A stretch of DNA of 35,511 nt, taken from an uncultured Deferribacteres bacterium (GTDB taxonomy: Bacteria > Zhuqueibacterota > Zhuqueibacteria > Zhuqueibacterales > Geothermadaptataceae). The DNA lies in NCBI GenBank assembly GCA_964014485.1, contig CAXHAT010000074.1:1-35511 (forward strand), read 5' to 3'. Every line of letters starts with the position of its first letter. The stretch's first letter is position 1. Of the stretch, positions 35,301-35,511 are shown one piece after another. The notes beneath the pieces were generated by a model. It ran no database searches and was not told the DNA's origin. It saw only the letters and a program-made list of their open reading frames with translations. A program made the translations under genes and the position numbers.

Positions 35301-35376
35301 CGGGAAGCCAGAATTTCAGGATGGTTTTGGCGACCGCCGAGCCGAGGGTTGTGAAAAGAATGTCTAAAAGAGCCAT
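32293..35376 (-). CDS. DGR target 1: NLR-like protein (helical N-terminus, NACHT NTPase, LRR, DUF1566/Lcl CLec domain)
   Basis: Walker A GLAGSGKTT (34531-34557), Walker B IILIDGVDE, VVTTRP, NPLL, FAHRTFQEFLAA, WREV; about 3 LRRs (LASLDFSEC, LERLNLSGF, LKQLKLNRC); WRLPT domain ending in VR1. Confidence 0.92.
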   Translation of the reverse strand: MALLDILFTTLGSAVAKTILKFWLPDPGLPQELGGEIIDLLKSRVSSDMAARQGRSQFEAVAIKVAKNLEHVFRQQALDDDTRKLLAETAAGILNQLKIDAAKLAEINLDPIKLYRLLQQESADKMRAFSEAEQSFCDRVLKECAHYVVGIASRLPSFHENMFAEVLKREDRLLHKVDGVLNELRKIRESSQAVNPEVAAAQFEEDYRKTLVETLDEIKLVGLDVTRQGSRRHSLTVAYISLSMSSGARKEADENLVVAADGVLNYGDRLVVRGLAGSGKTTFVKWVAVQCAGHRFQGELAALNDRVPFIIYLRKFVDRDLPAPQEFVEHLLPTIAEETPKGWVRELLAAGRAIILIDGVDETPPDQRERVYEWLRELVGNKKFQKTKFVVTTRPSAMEEGRLAREGFNEFTFESMGLTQITRFIEHWHRAVKKELFRDDEKAELDDLEASLKSEIRTKLALRNLTANPLLCSAVCALHRERKKDVPSERLRLYEACCEMILERRGREQSVGVDTTHAPTELNYTRKRALLEDLALWMMRNGWSRISFEEADERFEKQLPNLGIQDEAKNIRAFLVERSGLLQSPVEGEMDFAHRTFQEFLAAKAIIDEGDLGFLHQNAHDDQWREVVILAAGHAAPKAADKIIRNLVEAGDRDAERRHYFHLLAVACLETAVVVDRELRGTVDESLTTLIPPKNKEDAKAIAAAGTLAATHLGWREQLTIPEAAACVHALKLIGDEAARTVLASYAGDSRTSVFDEILKDSLDDSDFHREVFPYFARQFGALASLDFSECANLKDVSFLPPELPALERLNLSGFTGLKDLASLPKTPKLKQLKLNRCTGLKNPDGLPKVLAALGVEPPKLRSEPQTLSVDQVKTMLAEVGLFDSDWNKKGRGVSTALMPLEANGEKLASDLASGLTWQQGGSSDTMNYTNAEEYVEKLNRDKVAGFDDWRLPTLEEAMTLMEPEKKNGDLYIDPAFDQKQSWIWTADKRDASVVWVVFFDFGVCSYVRVVSDYYVRAVRSGQSLAI
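32311..32403 (-). repeat. DGR variable repeat VR1
   Basis: 93-nt ungapped match to the TR with 18 mismatches, all at TR adenines on the coding strand. Confidence 0.96.
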
Positions 35377-35402
35377 TTCAATTACCGGGGTTAGTACCTG
35401 AC

Positions 35403-35511
35403 GTTACGCGACAACTCGAAAATACAAAAACAGTTTCTCAACGTCATACCCGCGGAGGCGGGTATCCAGCGGTTGGCGCCATTTTCTGGATACCCGCCTC
35501 CGCGGGTATGA
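35403..35511. repeat. MITE/REP-like element copy C (truncated by the contig end)
   Basis: Begins with GTTACGCG like copy B and the reverse complement of copy A's right end; inverted arms at 35443-35469 and 35486-35511 with compensatory base changes. Confidence 0.8.

Noticed and set aside
28288..35511. Prophage or integrative element carrying the DGR
   Set aside because: No integrase, phage structural genes, tRNA or att-like direct repeats are visible. The contig ends here, so this cannot be excluded beyond the window.

Overview
Contig from a diderm bacterium of about 50% GC. The gene content (PorV-like barrel, TPR lipoprotein, tatA next to gatA) suggests the FCB group, which is an inference. 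Positions 1-50 are Illumina Nextera adapter, not genome. From about 0.3 to 28 kb the window is mostly housekeeping: two flavin oxidoreductases, gatB and gatA split by a Phd-RelE toxin-antitoxin pair, two tatA-family genes, purQ/purS/purC/purB, pssA/psd/cdsA, an HtrA protease, truA, an orphan ecfT, TPR proteins, a class III nucleotide cyclase, mazG and an M28 peptidase. The last 7 kb (28.5-35.4 kb, minus strand) is a complete diversity-generating retroelement (DGR) arranged as target 1, avd, template repeat (TR), reverse transcriptase (RT), target 2. One 93-nt TR matches two variable repeats (VR1, VR2). Each VR has 18 mismatches to the TR, all at TR adenines, and each is followed by an identical 25-nt IMH-like tract and the same GCA-triloop hairpin. 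Target 1 is an NLR-like protein (helical N-terminus, NACHT, LRR) with a diversified DUF1566/CLec tip. Target 2 is a multi-pass membrane protein with a paralogous tip. The RT carries a fused C-terminal MutS-domain-I-like module. Several MITE/REP-like palindromic elements are also present, including one pair whose inner spacer is flipped relative to its flanks.
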